Shown here in pieces: positions 46,939 to 57,273 of a stretch of 64,000 bases of DNA. This DNA is from Candidatus Multivoradales bacterium (lineage in GTDB: Bacteria > Acidobacteriota > Thermoanaerobaculia > Multivoradales > Multivoraceae). The notes beneath the pieces were generated by a model. That model ran no database searches, was not told where the DNA came from, and worked only from the letters and a program-made list of their open reading frames with translations. Made by a program: the position numbers and the translations under genes. Each line of letters begins with the position of its first letter. Position 1 is the first letter of the stretch. The stretch is taken from NCBI GenBank assembly GCA_965223325.1, contig CBDCWI010000001.1, positions 1,088,001 to 1,152,000 on the forward strand, written 5' to 3'.

Positions 46939-47448
46939 ATGAACGCCCTGCAACTGCTTCGCCTGATTCTGACGGTCGCCGGCTGCTGGCTGATGGTCGC
47001 GACCTTTGCCGTCATCATGCCGACCACCTGGATGGCGGCAATCCATGACTCTCTCGGAATCGGCCCCTTCCCCGAATCGCCGCTCACCCAGTACCTGACA
47101 CGCTCGGCCGCGGCGCTCTACGCCGTGCACGGTGGCGTCATGTTGGTGGCCTCGAGGGATCCGCTGCGACTTTCCTCACTGGTGCGCTACCTCGGGATCT
47201 CGAACATGGTTCTCGGCCCGGTTCTTCTGGCGATCGACCTTCACGCCGGCATGCCGCTGGCCTGGACCTTGATCGAGGGCCCCGCGGTCGCCATGGGCGG
47301 GTTCTTGTACCTGTGGCTTCTCTTGCGCGCCGAGCGCCAAGCCGGGTCGAACAACGCGACCGGCCTTAGAAGCGGCCGTGATCGAGGCGACTTCGAGCGC
47401 CCGCCCGGAGACCGCGAGCATCACCCGAGCGCCGGTCGACCCGTTTGA
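46939..47448 (+). CDS. Hypothetical four-TM membrane protein
   Basis: Hydrophobic segments, YLTRSAAALYAVHGG, GMPLAWTLIEGP. Confidence 0.7.
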   Translation: MNALQLLRLILTVAGCWLMVATFAVIMPTTWMAAIHDSLGIGPFPESPLTQYLTRSAAALYAVHGGVMLVASRDPLRLSSLVRYLGISNMVLGPVLLAIDLHAGMPLAWTLIEGPAVAMGGFLYLWLLLRAERQAGSNNATGLRSGRDRGDFERPPGDREHHPSAGRPV

Positions 47449-50231
47449 AACCCTGGAGCCCCCCTCTCTTTCATCCTGGAGCACGCACCTTGAGAACCTC
47501 CTGTGACCATCCCCTGCCCGTCCAACTCCGGCGCCACTTCCTCCTGGCGCTGGGCCTCCTCTCGATCTCCGTTACGGCGCTCATCGCCAGCGAAGCGACG
47601 GATAGCGAGATGTGGCCGGGGGCTCGGTACGACGAGAGCATCCCGACCTTCGACGACATCCTCGGGCATGCACCGGGCGAGTGGATCGTCTCCCACCCCG
47701 ACGCTCTCCGCTACCTACGCGCACTCGAGAGCGCCTCTGCCGGTCGCATGAAGGTCTTCACCACTGGTGAGACCTGGGAGCGACGCGAGCTGGTCTATGC
47801 CGTTATTGGCACCAAGCAGCGGCTCGATGCGCTCGACGACCTCAAAGCAAGAATCGCCCGAGTCGCTGACCCTCGCCAGACCTCGGCAGACGACGCGCGC
47901 GGCCTGATCGCCGAGCTCCCGGCAACCGTCTGGCTCGCCTATGGCGTCCACGGCAACGAAATCTCATCGCCCGATGCAGCACTCTTTTTCGCCTACCATC
48001 TGCTGGCCGCCCAGGGTGACCCAAGCGTCGACCAGATCCTCGAAGAAACCCTGGTCTTCGTCGACCCGATGCAGAACCCGGACGGGCGCACCCGTTTCGT
48101 ACACAACTTCACGGCCAACACCGGGATCGAACCCGACCCAGCGCGCAGCAACGCGGTTCACGACGAACCGTGGCCGGGCGGGCGCACCAACCACTACCTC
48201 TTCGACTTGAACCGAGACTGGCTCCCTCTCACCCAGCCCGAAACGCGCGCCCGCGTCGCCTCTTTGCGCGAATGGTTGCCACTCGTCTTCGTCGACCTGC
48301 ACGAAATGGGCGGCGACTCGTCGTACTACTTCGCCCCCGAGGCGGTCCCCTACAACCCGCATCTGGCGCCCGAGCAGCGCACCAACCTCGACCTGTTCGG
48401 CCGCAACAACGCCAAGTGGTTCGACCGCTACGGCTTCGACTACTTCACGCGTGAAATCTTCGATGCCTTCTATCCCGGCTATGGCGCCAGCTGGCCGGCG
48501 TACTACGGCGCCATCGCCATGACCTACGAGATGGCTTCGGCACGTGGGCTCGCCTGGCAGAGGAGCGACGGCGACATCTTGACGTTCCGCGATGGCGTCC
48601 AGCGGCACTTCGTGAGTTCGGTGGGTACCGCCGAGGCCGCGGCGATGAATCGCGAAAAGCTGTGGTCTGACTTCCGTCTCTACCGCGAGACCGCCATCGA
48701 AGAAGGGCTGAGCGAGGTGGGCGGCCGCTTGATGGCCTTTCCAGCCCGTGGCAACAAAGGCGCCACCGACCGCCTGGCGAGCGTTGTCGCCGAGCACGGC
48801 GGCGAGATCTATCGCCTGAGCGAAGCGACAGAGATGTGCGGAAGCCGCTTGCCCGCCGGCAGCTACATCGCCGACCTGGCGCAGCCCGCTAAGCGCATGC
48901 TGATGTCGTTTCTCGACAATGACGTGCCAATGGAAGAAGAGTTCCTCCGGGAGCAAGAACGGCTGCGAGCCCTCGGCCTGCCCGACCAGATCTACGACGT
49001 GACCTCGTGGTCACTGCCGCTCATGTTCGGCGCCGAGATGATCCGCTGCGCCGGAACCGTTCCGGCGGGCGCCGAACGCCTGGGAAATGACGGCGCCAAC
49101 ACTCCACGCACCGTGGCCGGTACCCTGGACCGGCGCGACGCCAAGGTCGCTTATCTCGTGCGCTGGGGCGACAGCGGCGCCGCCCGGTTTCTCGCCCGGG
49201 CGCTCGCCAACGGGCTGACCGCCTTCTCGAGCGACGTGCCCTTTACCATGAACAACGAGAACTTCCCGGCCGGCACACTCGCCTGGAAAGTGATGGACAA
49301 CCCTCCAGACCTCGTGGAACGGCTCGCTGTTCTTGCGGCCGAGACCGGAGTTTCGGTGACCGCGACCGACACCAGTTGGGTGCAGTCAGGCGTGAACTTC
49401 GGCAGCAACCGCATGGCCCGCCTGAAAGACCCAGCGATTGCGATCCTCTGGGATGCGCCAACGTCGAGCTACTCAGCCGGCGCGACGAGGTTCTTGATCG
49501 AACGCGAACTCGGCCACCCGGTCACCGTCATTCGGGTGAGTGCCCTTTCACGCACCGACCTCGACACCGTCGACGTGCTCATCTTCCCCGACTCCCGCGG
49601 CTACGAGGGCGCGATCTCTGGATCCACCGGCAAACAACTGCAGGCCTTCGTGCGCGGCGGCGGCGTCACTATCGGCCTCGGCGGCGGCATCGCGCCTCTC
49701 GCCGAGCACGGGCTGCTCTCGACCCAACGCGAGCGGCGCGCCGGCACCGACAGCGAAGGGCCTGAGAAGAAGGGCGGCGAACTGGCCGATGGAACGCTCC
49801 TTACCACCGAAGCCGACTACCTGAACGCAATCGAGCCCGACGGCAGAACCCCGGACTCGTTAGCCGGCGTCCTTCTGCGCGCCCGCACCGACCAACACCA
49901 CTGGCTCACCGCCGGCCTCGCATCGCACCTGAACGTGCTGGTGCGCGGCGGTGACATCTACACCCCACTGCAGCTCGACGCCGGTCGCAACGCGGCCATC
50001 TTCGAAGCTCCGGAGGAGCTGCTGGTGAGCGGCTACGCCTGGCAGGAGACCCTCGAACAGATGGCTTTCAAGCCCTTCGTCATGGTGGAGCCGCTGGGCA
50101 CCGGCCTGACCATCGGCATCACCGCCGACCCCACCGTGAGGGCGTATCAGGAAGGCCTGTTGCCGCTCCTCGCCTCGGCCATCTTCCGCAGGTCCGGGTC
50201 ACACGCGGTAGTCGCGCCCCGCAGGCGATAG
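47445..50231 (+). CDS. Secreted M14 zinc carboxypeptidase with C-terminal GATase-like region
   Basis: YGVHGNE, NPDGR, DLNRDW, DLHEMG, YDVTSWSLP; true start may be downstream. Confidence 0.9.
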   Translation: MKPWSPPLFHPGARTLRTSCDHPLPVQLRRHFLLALGLLSISVTALIASEATDSEMWPGARYDESIPTFDDILGHAPGEWIVSHPDALRYLRALESASAGRMKVFTTGETWERRELVYAVIGTKQRLDALDDLKARIARVADPRQTSADDARGLIAELPATVWLAYGVHGNEISSPDAALFFAYHLLAAQGDPSVDQILEETLVFVDPMQNPDGRTRFVHNFTANTGIEPDPARSNAVHDEPWPGGRTNHYLFDLNRDWLPLTQPETRARVASLREWLPLVFVDLHEMGGDSSYYFAPEAVPYNPHLAPEQRTNLDLFGRNNAKWFDRYGFDYFTREIFDAFYPGYGASWPAYYGAIAMTYEMASARGLAWQRSDGDILTFRDGVQRHFVSSVGTAEAAAMNREKLWSDFRLYRETAIEEGLSEVGGRLMAFPARGNKGATDRLASVVAEHGGEIYRLSEATEMCGSRLPAGSYIADLAQPAKRMLMSFLDNDVPMEEEFLREQERLRALGLPDQIYDVTSWSLPLMFGAEMIRCAGTVPAGAERLGNDGANTPRTVAGTLDRRDAKVAYLVRWGDSGAARFLARALANGLTAFSSDVPFTMNNENFPAGTLAWKVMDNPPDLVERLAVLAAETGVSVTATDTSWVQSGVNFGSNRMARLKDPAIAILWDAPTSSYSAGATRFLIERELGHPVTVIRVSALSRTDLDTVDVLIFPDSRGYEGAISGSTGKQLQAFVRGGGVTIGLGGGIAPLAEHGLLSTQRERRAGTDSEGPEKKGGELADGTLLTTEADYLNAIEPDGRTPDSLAGVLLRARTDQHHWLTAGLASHLNVLVRGGDIYTPLQLDAGRNAAIFEAPEELLVSGYAWQETLEQMAFKPFVMVEPLGTGLTIGITADPTVRAYQEGLLPLLASAIFRRSGSHAVVAPRRR

Positions 50232-50246
50232 CGTCAGGCGCTGGCG

Positions 50247-50657
50247 TCAGGCACTGGCGCGCTTGATGAACAGGCTGAGCACGACGCCCAGAACGCCCCA
50301 ACCGAGAAGTTCGATGCCCAGCCAGCACCAGGACAGGTAGTACGGAAAGCCCTGGAAGACCATGCCGATGAAGAAGTTGTAGAAGCCAATCAGGGCCCCG
50401 AGGGTCAAGCCGAAGAACAGGCCACCCTTCCAGCGCCCCTCCCAGTTCTGGCGAGTCTTGCCGAACAGATAGGCGGCGATCACTCCCGCCACCATCGCGA
50501 TGACAAAGTGCCAGAGCGGATTGCCATCTTCTTGGACAAAAACCGTGTCGTAGCGGGCGTAGGTGTCAGACATGACACCGACGTGCATCGCGAAGTCGAC
50601 CAGGTTCTTTGCCACTCCAGCGACCACTCCACCGAGCAAGATACGAGACCAGTTCAT
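50247..50657 (-). CDS. Hypothetical four-TM membrane protein
   Basis: GAAGGAG RBS before MNWSRILLGG; hydrophobic segments. Confidence 0.75.
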   Translation of the reverse strand: MNWSRILLGGVVAGVAKNLVDFAMHVGVMSDTYARYDTVFVQEDGNPLWHFVIAMVAGVIAAYLFGKTRQNWEGRWKGGLFFGLTLGALIGFYNFFIGMVFQGFPYYLSWCWLGIELLGWGVLGVVLSLFIKRASA

Positions 50658-50884
50658 GACGCTCTCCTTCCGTCGCGCGCACCAGGCCGCGGTGCCCAGG
50701 GCTTCGCCGGGAACCGTTTGCCTCCTGGGGCCGGGGTGGCACCCAGAAGAGGCGACACTGTGCGCATCAGATTGTTGGAACGGGTTAAGGTGAAACCATC
50801 GTACCGCAGGCGCCATGACCCTCTGTCCTTACCCAAGGGCAAGGCCCCCGCCCGCCCCTGACTGAAAACCGCCGAGATTCACCC

Positions 50885-51247
50885 ATGAAAGAAAGCATGC
50901 AGCCCGGCATCCGCCACACCAAGACCGCAACGGTGACCGAGGACATGGCACCCCCTCACCTGCCGGCGAAAGTGCTCTCGACTCCGTCGATGGTCAATCT
51001 GGTCGAGTGGGCCTGCCTGGAAGCCGCCCAGTCTCACCTCGACGAGGGCGAAACCACGGTGGGCACGCACGTCAACCTCAGCCACGACGGTCCAGCCATG
51101 GCCGGCGAGGATGTTGAAATCGAGGTCGCGCTGGCCGAGGTCAACAAACGGCGCCTGACCTTTGACGTCGAGGTCCGCTCACCGCGCGGTGCAATCTCTA
51201 CGGGGCAGCATCAACGCGCCGTCGTCGACCTCTCGCGCTTCGGCTGA
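50885..51247 (+). CDS. FlK-like (fluoroacetyl-CoA type) hotdog thioesterase
   Basis: VLSTPSMVNLVE, TTVGTHVNLSH, GQHQRAVVD. Confidence 0.88.
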   Translation: MKESMQPGIRHTKTATVTEDMAPPHLPAKVLSTPSMVNLVEWACLEAAQSHLDEGETTVGTHVNLSHDGPAMAGEDVEIEVALAEVNKRRLTFDVEVRSPRGAISTGQHQRAVVDLSRFG

Positions 51248-51274
51248 TACGCCCCTCGCCGGGACCCCAGGTGC

Positions 51275-52147
51275 CTAGCCCGCCTCAAAGACCACGACAC
51301 CGCCGCGCATTGCCAACTGGCCATCGTGGGTGGCCACGGTGAAGCCAACGGCATGCTGATCGTCACCTACCGGTACAGGTTCGCCGAACTGAATCTCGAT
51401 CTCATGCCCAGGTAGCACCATGCCGGTGAAGCGGCCAGCCAGGCGCCGCAACCGGTCAGGGCGGCCACTGCAATACAAGCGCGTTGCAGCGCGCCCGGCG
51501 AGTGCCCAGGTGGCGGTGCCGTGCAGGATCACATCGGGAAGACCAGCCGCCAGGGCGACCCGGCGCTCGGTGTGGATCGGGTTCCAGATGCGCGCGCACT
51601 CGGTGTAGACATGCGGCATCGCCTTGTCGATCATGATGGGGACCGCCGGTCCACCGGCAAACGAAACCTCGGGGAGCTCAGGCGGTGCTTCGTCGAGACG
51701 GCTCTCGCCCGCGACTCCGACCCCGCGAAGAATCGACTGCGACCAGCTCGTCGTCATCAGGCGCCCCGCGCTGTCATGCGTCTCCAGCCGGGTTGTCGTG
51801 CGCGCTCCCGCAGGCGTCTCCTCCACCCCGCTGATGCAGCCGGTCGTCGTCAGCACATCGCCCGCACGCACCGGCCGATGAAACAGCGAATCCTGGAAGG
51901 CGTGCACTCCGCGGCGCAGCTCATCTTCGGGTGCCTGCCAGATGTCACGCGTTTCGGGGTGACTCACCACCGGCCACTCCAACCGCACGCAGTACGCAGG
52001 TGGCGCCATGAACAGCTCCCCAGTGTCGTTGAAAACATGAGCACTCGTGTCGCCGATCCCGGCGGCGTAGGCAAGGATCTCGCGCGCGGTGACGTTTTGT
52101 TCGTGGGGTGGCAACGGCCGACCCACGGCCGCGGTCTGGACTGGCAT
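51275..52147 (-). CDS. MaoC-like double-hotdog dehydratase
   Basis: ILAYAAGIG, NPIH...ILHG, RFTGMVLPG. Confidence 0.85.
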   Translation of the reverse strand: MPVQTAAVGRPLPPHEQNVTAREILAYAAGIGDTSAHVFNDTGELFMAPPAYCVRLEWPVVSHPETRDIWQAPEDELRRGVHAFQDSLFHRPVRAGDVLTTTGCISGVEETPAGARTTTRLETHDSAGRLMTTSWSQSILRGVGVAGESRLDEAPPELPEVSFAGGPAVPIMIDKAMPHVYTECARIWNPIHTERRVALAAGLPDVILHGTATWALAGRAATRLYCSGRPDRLRRLAGRFTGMVLPGHEIEIQFGEPVPVGDDQHAVGFTVATHDGQLAMRGGVVVFEAG

Positions 52148-52252
52148 GACTTCACTCCGATGGCAGCCGTTGCGGGCTGTCTGAGTTTCCCGCCCAGAAT
52201 ACCCGCGGTGGCTCAACCCCTCTTCGACCGAGCGACCAAGGGTTCTCACGGG

Positions 52253-52285
52253 TTGACACATAGTATGTGTGCACATAGTATGTGT
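52253..52285 (+). promoter_or_regulatory. Sigma70 promoter TTGACA-17-TAGTAT overlapped by two tandem palindromes
   Basis: ACACATAGTATGTGT at 52256-52270 and GCACATAGTATGTGT at 52271-52285; ATG 6 nt after the -10 box. Confidence 0.85.
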
Positions 52286-52287
52286 GA

Positions 52288-52524
52288 ATGAACGTGACCC
52301 TCTCCGTCGACGAAGAGCTTCTGAAGCGAGCACGCGAACATGCGGCCCGCCGCGGCACCTCACTCAATCAGCTGATTCGCGACTTCCTGAGCCAGTTGAC
52401 GTCGGGGGCGTCGGCGAACGAAACCGTCCGCGAACTCAGAGAACTCTGGGCTTCTAGTGAGTCCACCTCAGGCGGTCGCAAGTGGACCCGAGATGAACTC
52501 TATGACCGCTCCGTTCTTCGTTGA
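52288..52524 (+). CDS. RHH antitoxin (DUF6364-like)
   Basis: NVTLSVDEELLKRAR..GTSLNQLIRDFL..WTRDELYDR; overlaps the PIN gene. Confidence 0.88.
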   Translation: MNVTLSVDEELLKRAREHAARRGTSLNQLIRDFLSQLTSGASANETVRELRELWASSESTSGGRKWTRDELYDRSVLR

Positions 52525-52960
52525 CACGAACATTCTGATCTACGCCGACGACTCCAGCGCACCAATCAAGCAGTCGGTGTCGAGGAGACTGATCGAGCGC
52601 GCCTTGCAAGAACGGAGCGGACGAATCTCGATGCAGGTCCTCAGGGAGTTCTTTGCCGCGGCGACGCGAAAAGTGGGCATGGACGCGGCCATGGCCCGTC
52701 GCCGCGTTGAACTCTACGCCCGTATCGACCTGGTGCACTTGAGAGTCGAAGATCTTCTGGCGGCAATCGACATGCACCGCCTGCACAGCCTTTCGATCTG
52801 GGACGCTTTGATCCTTCGGGCAGCTCAAACTTCAAACTGCGCGATCCTCTACACGGAGGACCTGCAAGCTGGCTTCCGGCTCGACGGCGTACAAGTCGTG
52901 AATCCCTTCGCCGACACCCAGGGGGTAGACGACAGCGGCGTTCGTGTCGTCGACCGGTAG
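52502..52960 (+). CDS. vapC: PIN-domain toxin
   Basis: FVDTNILIYA, QVLREF, WDALI, LYTEDL, VVNPF. Confidence 0.92.
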   Translation: MTAPFFVDTNILIYADDSSAPIKQSVSRRLIERALQERSGRISMQVLREFFAAATRKVGMDAAMARRRVELYARIDLVHLRVEDLLAAIDMHRLHSLSIWDALILRAAQTSNCAILYTEDLQAGFRLDGVQVVNPFADTQGVDDSGVRVVDR

Positions 52961-53015
52961 CCGTGGCTGCAGACACTGGAACCTGGCGCGGCCCAGGGTC
53001 GTCTAAGGAAGCATC

Positions 53016-54215
53016 ATGAAGATAGGTACCGCTGTTCGTGCTCGTCTCCAGCTCTCTGCCCTCATCGTTGCCACCGGCGCCTTCGCTCTTCTCGCAGGAG
53101 CCTGTACTCAGGCGCAGGCTCCCACCGTTGCGGGCCAGAGAGCTTCCTTCTCTCACTTCGAGATGCACTCGCCTCGAGCAGACCATGGGGCCACCGCTCT
53201 TGGTGATGGGCGGGTTCTCTTAGTGGGCGGCTGCGTGAAAGACGGTTGTGAACAAGGTCAACAGAGCCAGATGGCCGAGCTCTTCAACCCAGATACCGGT
53301 CTTACGCGATCGGTCGGCCCGATGATGAGTGCGCGCGTCTCGGCCGCTACGGCGGTTTTGAGCGATGGGCGGGCGCTGATCGTGGGCGGTTGGTCGTCGG
53401 GACAGCCCTCCTCTACTGCTGAGATCTTCGATCCCGCAACAGAGCTCTTTTCCGACACCGTATCGATGACGGGTCCACGCACCAGCTCGGCCGTTGTGGC
53501 CATGCCGGGTGAGGGGCAGGTGCTCTTTCTCGGGGGATCAGACGGGAAGCGTGGGCTCCGAACCGTTGAAGCCTTCGTACCTGGTCGAGGCGGTACCGCG
53601 GACCAGTTCCTCGTGGTCGGGCGCCTTCACCAACCGCGTGCCGGTGCCGAAGCGGTGCTGCTCGACGATGGCCGCATCCTGGTCGCTGGAGGAGATGACG
53701 GACGCTACGGCCGGGGCGGCGTGGAGGTCTTCTCGTCCGCCGAGATCTTCGACCCGGCAACCGGCACTTCGGAGCAGACAGGCTCGATGTCGGTACGTCG
53801 TCACAAGCATGCCGCGGTGCGACTGGATGATGGGCGTGTGCTCGTCGTTGGTGGCTCTGATGCGCGAGACTTCGGCGGGCAGCATCGCCTCCTCGAACGT
53901 TATGACCCAACAACCGGTCGTTTCGAAGCGGCGGGCTCGCTGCACTTTCCCCGTTTCAAGCTTCAGGACGCGGTTCTGCGGCTGGCGAGTGGCAGGGTTC
54001 TGATCGCCGGAGGGGCGAGAAAGCCCGAGGTCTGGGACCCGGTCAGTCAAAAAGCGGAGGTCCTCGACGTCGACCTGGGAGGTGCCTGGTACTTCGCCTC
54101 AGCGACTGCGCTCCCGGACGGGCGCGTGCTGGTGGCCGGTGGCTACACAGCAGCAGAGGGTCTGCCCCTGACCGCTGGCGCCTGGCTCGTGGAGCCGCCT
54201 CGCGTGCACTCCTGA
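53016..54215 (+). CDS. Kelch-repeat lipoprotein
   Basis: LAGAC lipobox; about 7 repeats of R..H.A..L.DGRVL.GG...AE.FDP. Confidence 0.9.
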   Translation: MKIGTAVRARLQLSALIVATGAFALLAGACTQAQAPTVAGQRASFSHFEMHSPRADHGATALGDGRVLLVGGCVKDGCEQGQQSQMAELFNPDTGLTRSVGPMMSARVSAATAVLSDGRALIVGGWSSGQPSSTAEIFDPATELFSDTVSMTGPRTSSAVVAMPGEGQVLFLGGSDGKRGLRTVEAFVPGRGGTADQFLVVGRLHQPRAGAEAVLLDDGRILVAGGDDGRYGRGGVEVFSSAEIFDPATGTSEQTGSMSVRRHKHAAVRLDDGRVLVVGGSDARDFGGQHRLLERYDPTTGRFEAAGSLHFPRFKLQDAVLRLASGRVLIAGGARKPEVWDPVSQKAEVLDVDLGGAWYFASATALPDGRVLVAGGYTAAEGLPLTAGAWLVEPPRVHS

Positions 54216-54283
54216 ATCATCGAGAGTCAAACTCCGAGTCTCGACACCAGGGCGCACCGTCAAGAAGGGTGTACCGTTCATGG

Positions 54284-55636
54284 ATGAGTAAACAACAGGT
54301 TGAAGTCGACTACCTGGTTGTCGGAACAGGGGCCATGGGATTGGCCTTTGCCGATGAGATGCTGAAGCAACGACCGGGCACCATGCTGGCCCTGGTCGAT
54401 GAGCGAGCCAAGCCGGGAGGGCACTGGAACGACGCGTATCGCTTCGTTTCGCTTCATCAGCCCGCCGCGTTCTACGGCGTCAACTCGCGCGACCTGGGTT
54501 CAGGGGGTGCCGCGCTTGCAACCGGAAACGAGGTGCTCGGCTACTTCGACCAGGTTCTCAAGTCGCTGTTGGCAACCGGCCGCGTCACCTATCTGCCCAT
54601 GTGTCGCTACCAGGGTGATGGGCGCGCGGTGTCGTTGTTGGCGCCGGACAAGGAGTACTCCTTCTCGGTGCGTCAGAAGATCGTCGACTCGACCTACATG
54701 AAGGTGGAAGTTCCCTCGACGACGCCACCGAAGTACGCCGTCGGCGACGATGTCGATCTCGTGCCTCCCAATGCCCTGGTAAGCATCAGGGAACCGCGCT
54801 CGTCCTACCTGATCATCGGCGCGGGCAAGACCGGAATGGACGCGACCCTTTTCCTCCTGGACCAGGGAGTCGATCCGCAGAGCATCACCTGGATCATGAG
54901 CAACGACTCCTGGCTCCTCGACCGCGACGCGTTGACGCCCGGTAAGACCATCGGATGGTTCGTCGATCAACTCGCACTGATCGCGCAGTCGGAGTCGCTC
55001 GAAGAGGTGTTTCTGAACACCGAGAGGGCAAACAGCTTCATGAGGCTCGATCCTTCTGTGTGGCCCACCAAGTTTCGCTGCGCGACAGTGAACCGCAGGG
55101 AGTTGGCCGCCTTGCGGACGGTGGAGAACGTCGTTCGCATGGGTAGGGTCCAGCGCATCGAGACCTCGAAGATCATCCTCGATGGTGGTGAGCTCGAGAC
55201 CACGGGCGATGCTCTGTTTGTCGACTGCACTGCGGACGGTCTTGCGAAGCGACCGGCAAAGCCGGTCTTTCAAGGAGACTCCATCACCCTGCAATCGGTC
55301 TTCATGTGCCAGCAGGTCTTCAGCGCCGCCCTCATCGCCTACGTCGAGACTCTGGATCGGGAGGAGAGCCAGAAGAACGACCTCTGCCAGGTGGTGCCAC
55401 ACCCAGAGTTCACCCGCGACTATCTGAGCGCGATGGCGACCAGCAACCTCAACTTCGAGCGCTGGGCGCGTCCGATCGGTCGCTGGTTGAGGGCGAGCCG
55501 GCTCTCGCTCAGTCACCATGAGCCGTTGTTCAGGCTCCTCCGCGAAACCTGGAGAGCCAAACGGATTGGCAGGCCGGCCGTCGAGCGGATGAATCAGATT
55601 CTGAGTTCCGAACCGGCGCATGCTCGAGCGAGATGA
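54284..55636 (+). CDS. NAD(P)/FAD-dependent oxidoreductase
   Basis: DYLVVGTGAMG, GGHWNDAY, IGAGKTGMD. Confidence 0.85.
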   Translation: MSKQQVEVDYLVVGTGAMGLAFADEMLKQRPGTMLALVDERAKPGGHWNDAYRFVSLHQPAAFYGVNSRDLGSGGAALATGNEVLGYFDQVLKSLLATGRVTYLPMCRYQGDGRAVSLLAPDKEYSFSVRQKIVDSTYMKVEVPSTTPPKYAVGDDVDLVPPNALVSIREPRSSYLIIGAGKTGMDATLFLLDQGVDPQSITWIMSNDSWLLDRDALTPGKTIGWFVDQLALIAQSESLEEVFLNTERANSFMRLDPSVWPTKFRCATVNRRELAALRTVENVVRMGRVQRIETSKIILDGGELETTGDALFVDCTADGLAKRPAKPVFQGDSITLQSVFMCQQVFSAALIAYVETLDREESQKNDLCQVVPHPEFTRDYLSAMATSNLNFERWARPIGRWLRASRLSLSHHEPLFRLLRETWRAKRIGRPAVERMNQILSSEPAHARAR

Positions 55637-55664
55637 ACACTCAAGCGACAGAATCGAGAGACAG

Positions 55665-56159
55665 ATGACACTCACTGAACGCCAGCGCACACTTCTGGTC
55701 CTCAACGGCTTCGGCCTGATCTTGAGCTCGGTGTTGACCGGATGGCTCTACTTCTTTCAGCTCCTGGGCGAGATCGATCTCTGGCCCTTCGTCCATCACG
55801 TCGAAGCCAAAGTGCCCGGCGAGGCACGCGCCTGGAACATGGCGCACCTCGAGGGCATCACCAACGGGCTCTTGCTGCTGGCACTCGCAGCGGTCGCGCC
55901 CTTTTTGAGGCTCAGCAGGCGTCAGAACAACTGGCTGTTCGCTTCGAGCCTGACCTTTGCATGGTTCTTTACCCTGCCAGCGATTGCCAATGCGTTCTTC
56001 GGCACCCGTGGTCTCGCCTTTGGAGGAGGCCCGTTCGGAGACAGCCTGGTGAACAACGTCATCTACCTCTTCGGCTGGCCACCGATGGTGGCCGTACATA
56101 TCGCCGTGCCGCTCTTGATCTGGGGCGCGTGGGCTCACTACAAGACACTCTCGGTCTAG
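55665..56159 (+). CDS. Styrene-oxide isomerase (StyC)-like membrane protein
   Basis: Four TMs; VPG..RAWNMAHLEGITNG; GTRGLAFGG. Confidence 0.7.
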   Translation: MTLTERQRTLLVLNGFGLILSSVLTGWLYFFQLLGEIDLWPFVHHVEAKVPGEARAWNMAHLEGITNGLLLLALAAVAPFLRLSRRQNNWLFASSLTFAWFFTLPAIANAFFGTRGLAFGGGPFGDSLVNNVIYLFGWPPMVAVHIAVPLLIWGAWAHYKTLSV

Positions 56160-56251
56160 CGAGGCGGGCCTCGACCGCCAGTCCGACGAGTACCATGGCG
56201 AGAGGAGTGGGTGCCCAGCCCCCGCAATCGCCTGACGATGAGGAATTCGAA

Positions 56252-57142
56252 ATGATCGCCTTGCCTCTCACCCGTGTCGCTGCTCTAACCACCGCCCTCG
56301 CCCTCGCTGCCGTCCTGGCCACCGCTTGCGCTCCAGAGCCGGCGGACCAGGGTGACGCGGCGGCCGCTGCTCCCGATGAGCCTTCGACGCTCCGGCTCCA
56401 CGTGCTCCGCTGCGGTTACCTCACGATCGAGGACACAACGCCCTTCAACCTCACCGGAGAAGAAGCCGGCACAAACGAGATGTTCGTTCCCTGCTACCTG
56501 ATCGACCATCCCGACGGGAAGCTGCTCTGGGACCTCGGGCTTCCGGCGACCGCGCGAAGCGGTGAGTACCCAATGCCCGGAGGCCAGCTGTCTCTCGAGC
56601 GAACGGTCGTCGAGCAGCTCGGAGATCTCGATCTCGAACCGGAAGCCATCGATTTCGTTGCAATGTCTCACCTACACTGGGATCACTCCGGCCAGGTCGC
56701 CGAATTCGCGGGCGCCAAACAGCTCATGCAACGCGCCGAGTACGAGGCAGCCTTCGCCGACCCGGTGACGGTCCCGGGGTTTGACCCCTCGCTCTACTCC
56801 GCTCTTGCGGACTCCGACTTCGTGCTGCTCGAAGGTGATCACGACGTCTTCGGTGACGGTCGCGTCGTCATCCACTCGCGACCCGGCCATACGCCAGGTC
56901 ACCAGACGTTGTTCATCGATCTCGCAGAGACAGGTCCGTTGGTGCTCTCGGGAGACCTCTACCACTTCCCTGCCAACCGGGAACTGCGCCGGCCGCCGCA
57001 CTTCAACGTTGATGCCGAACAGACGCTGGCGTCGATGGATGCCACCGAGGCCTTCCTCGAGGAAAGCGGTGCCACCCTCTGGATCGAACACGATGCACGT
57101 CTTGCTGAGACGCTGCTCGAGTGGCCGGCGTACTACGAGTAG
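56252..57142 (+). CDS. N-acyl homoserine lactonase-family metallo-beta-lactamase, lipoprotein
   Basis: LATAC lipobox; SHLHWDHSG, DVFGDG, PGHTPGHQ, SGDLYH; GAGG RBS. Confidence 0.87.
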   Translation: MIALPLTRVAALTTALALAAVLATACAPEPADQGDAAAAAPDEPSTLRLHVLRCGYLTIEDTTPFNLTGEEAGTNEMFVPCYLIDHPDGKLLWDLGLPATARSGEYPMPGGQLSLERTVVEQLGDLDLEPEAIDFVAMSHLHWDHSGQVAEFAGAKQLMQRAEYEAAFADPVTVPGFDPSLYSALADSDFVLLEGDHDVFGDGRVVIHSRPGHTPGHQTLFIDLAETGPLVLSGDLYHFPANRELRRPPHFNVDAEQTLASMDATEAFLEESGATLWIEHDARLAETLLEWPAYYE

Positions 57143-57273
57143 TTAGCCACAGTATTGCGAACTCGATGGGGTCACAGATCTCGCGGCACAGACTCCCAAG
57201 CACTTGCTCGAACTTCCGGTGGCGTCGATTCGGCGTTGCTCGAGAAAGAGGCAGGCGGAAGGAAGGCCTGAGA

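Noticed and set aside
55742-56251. 466-aa lactonase ORF start overlapping the StyC-like gene
   Set aside because: RBS and lipoprotein signal indicate the real start is at 56252.
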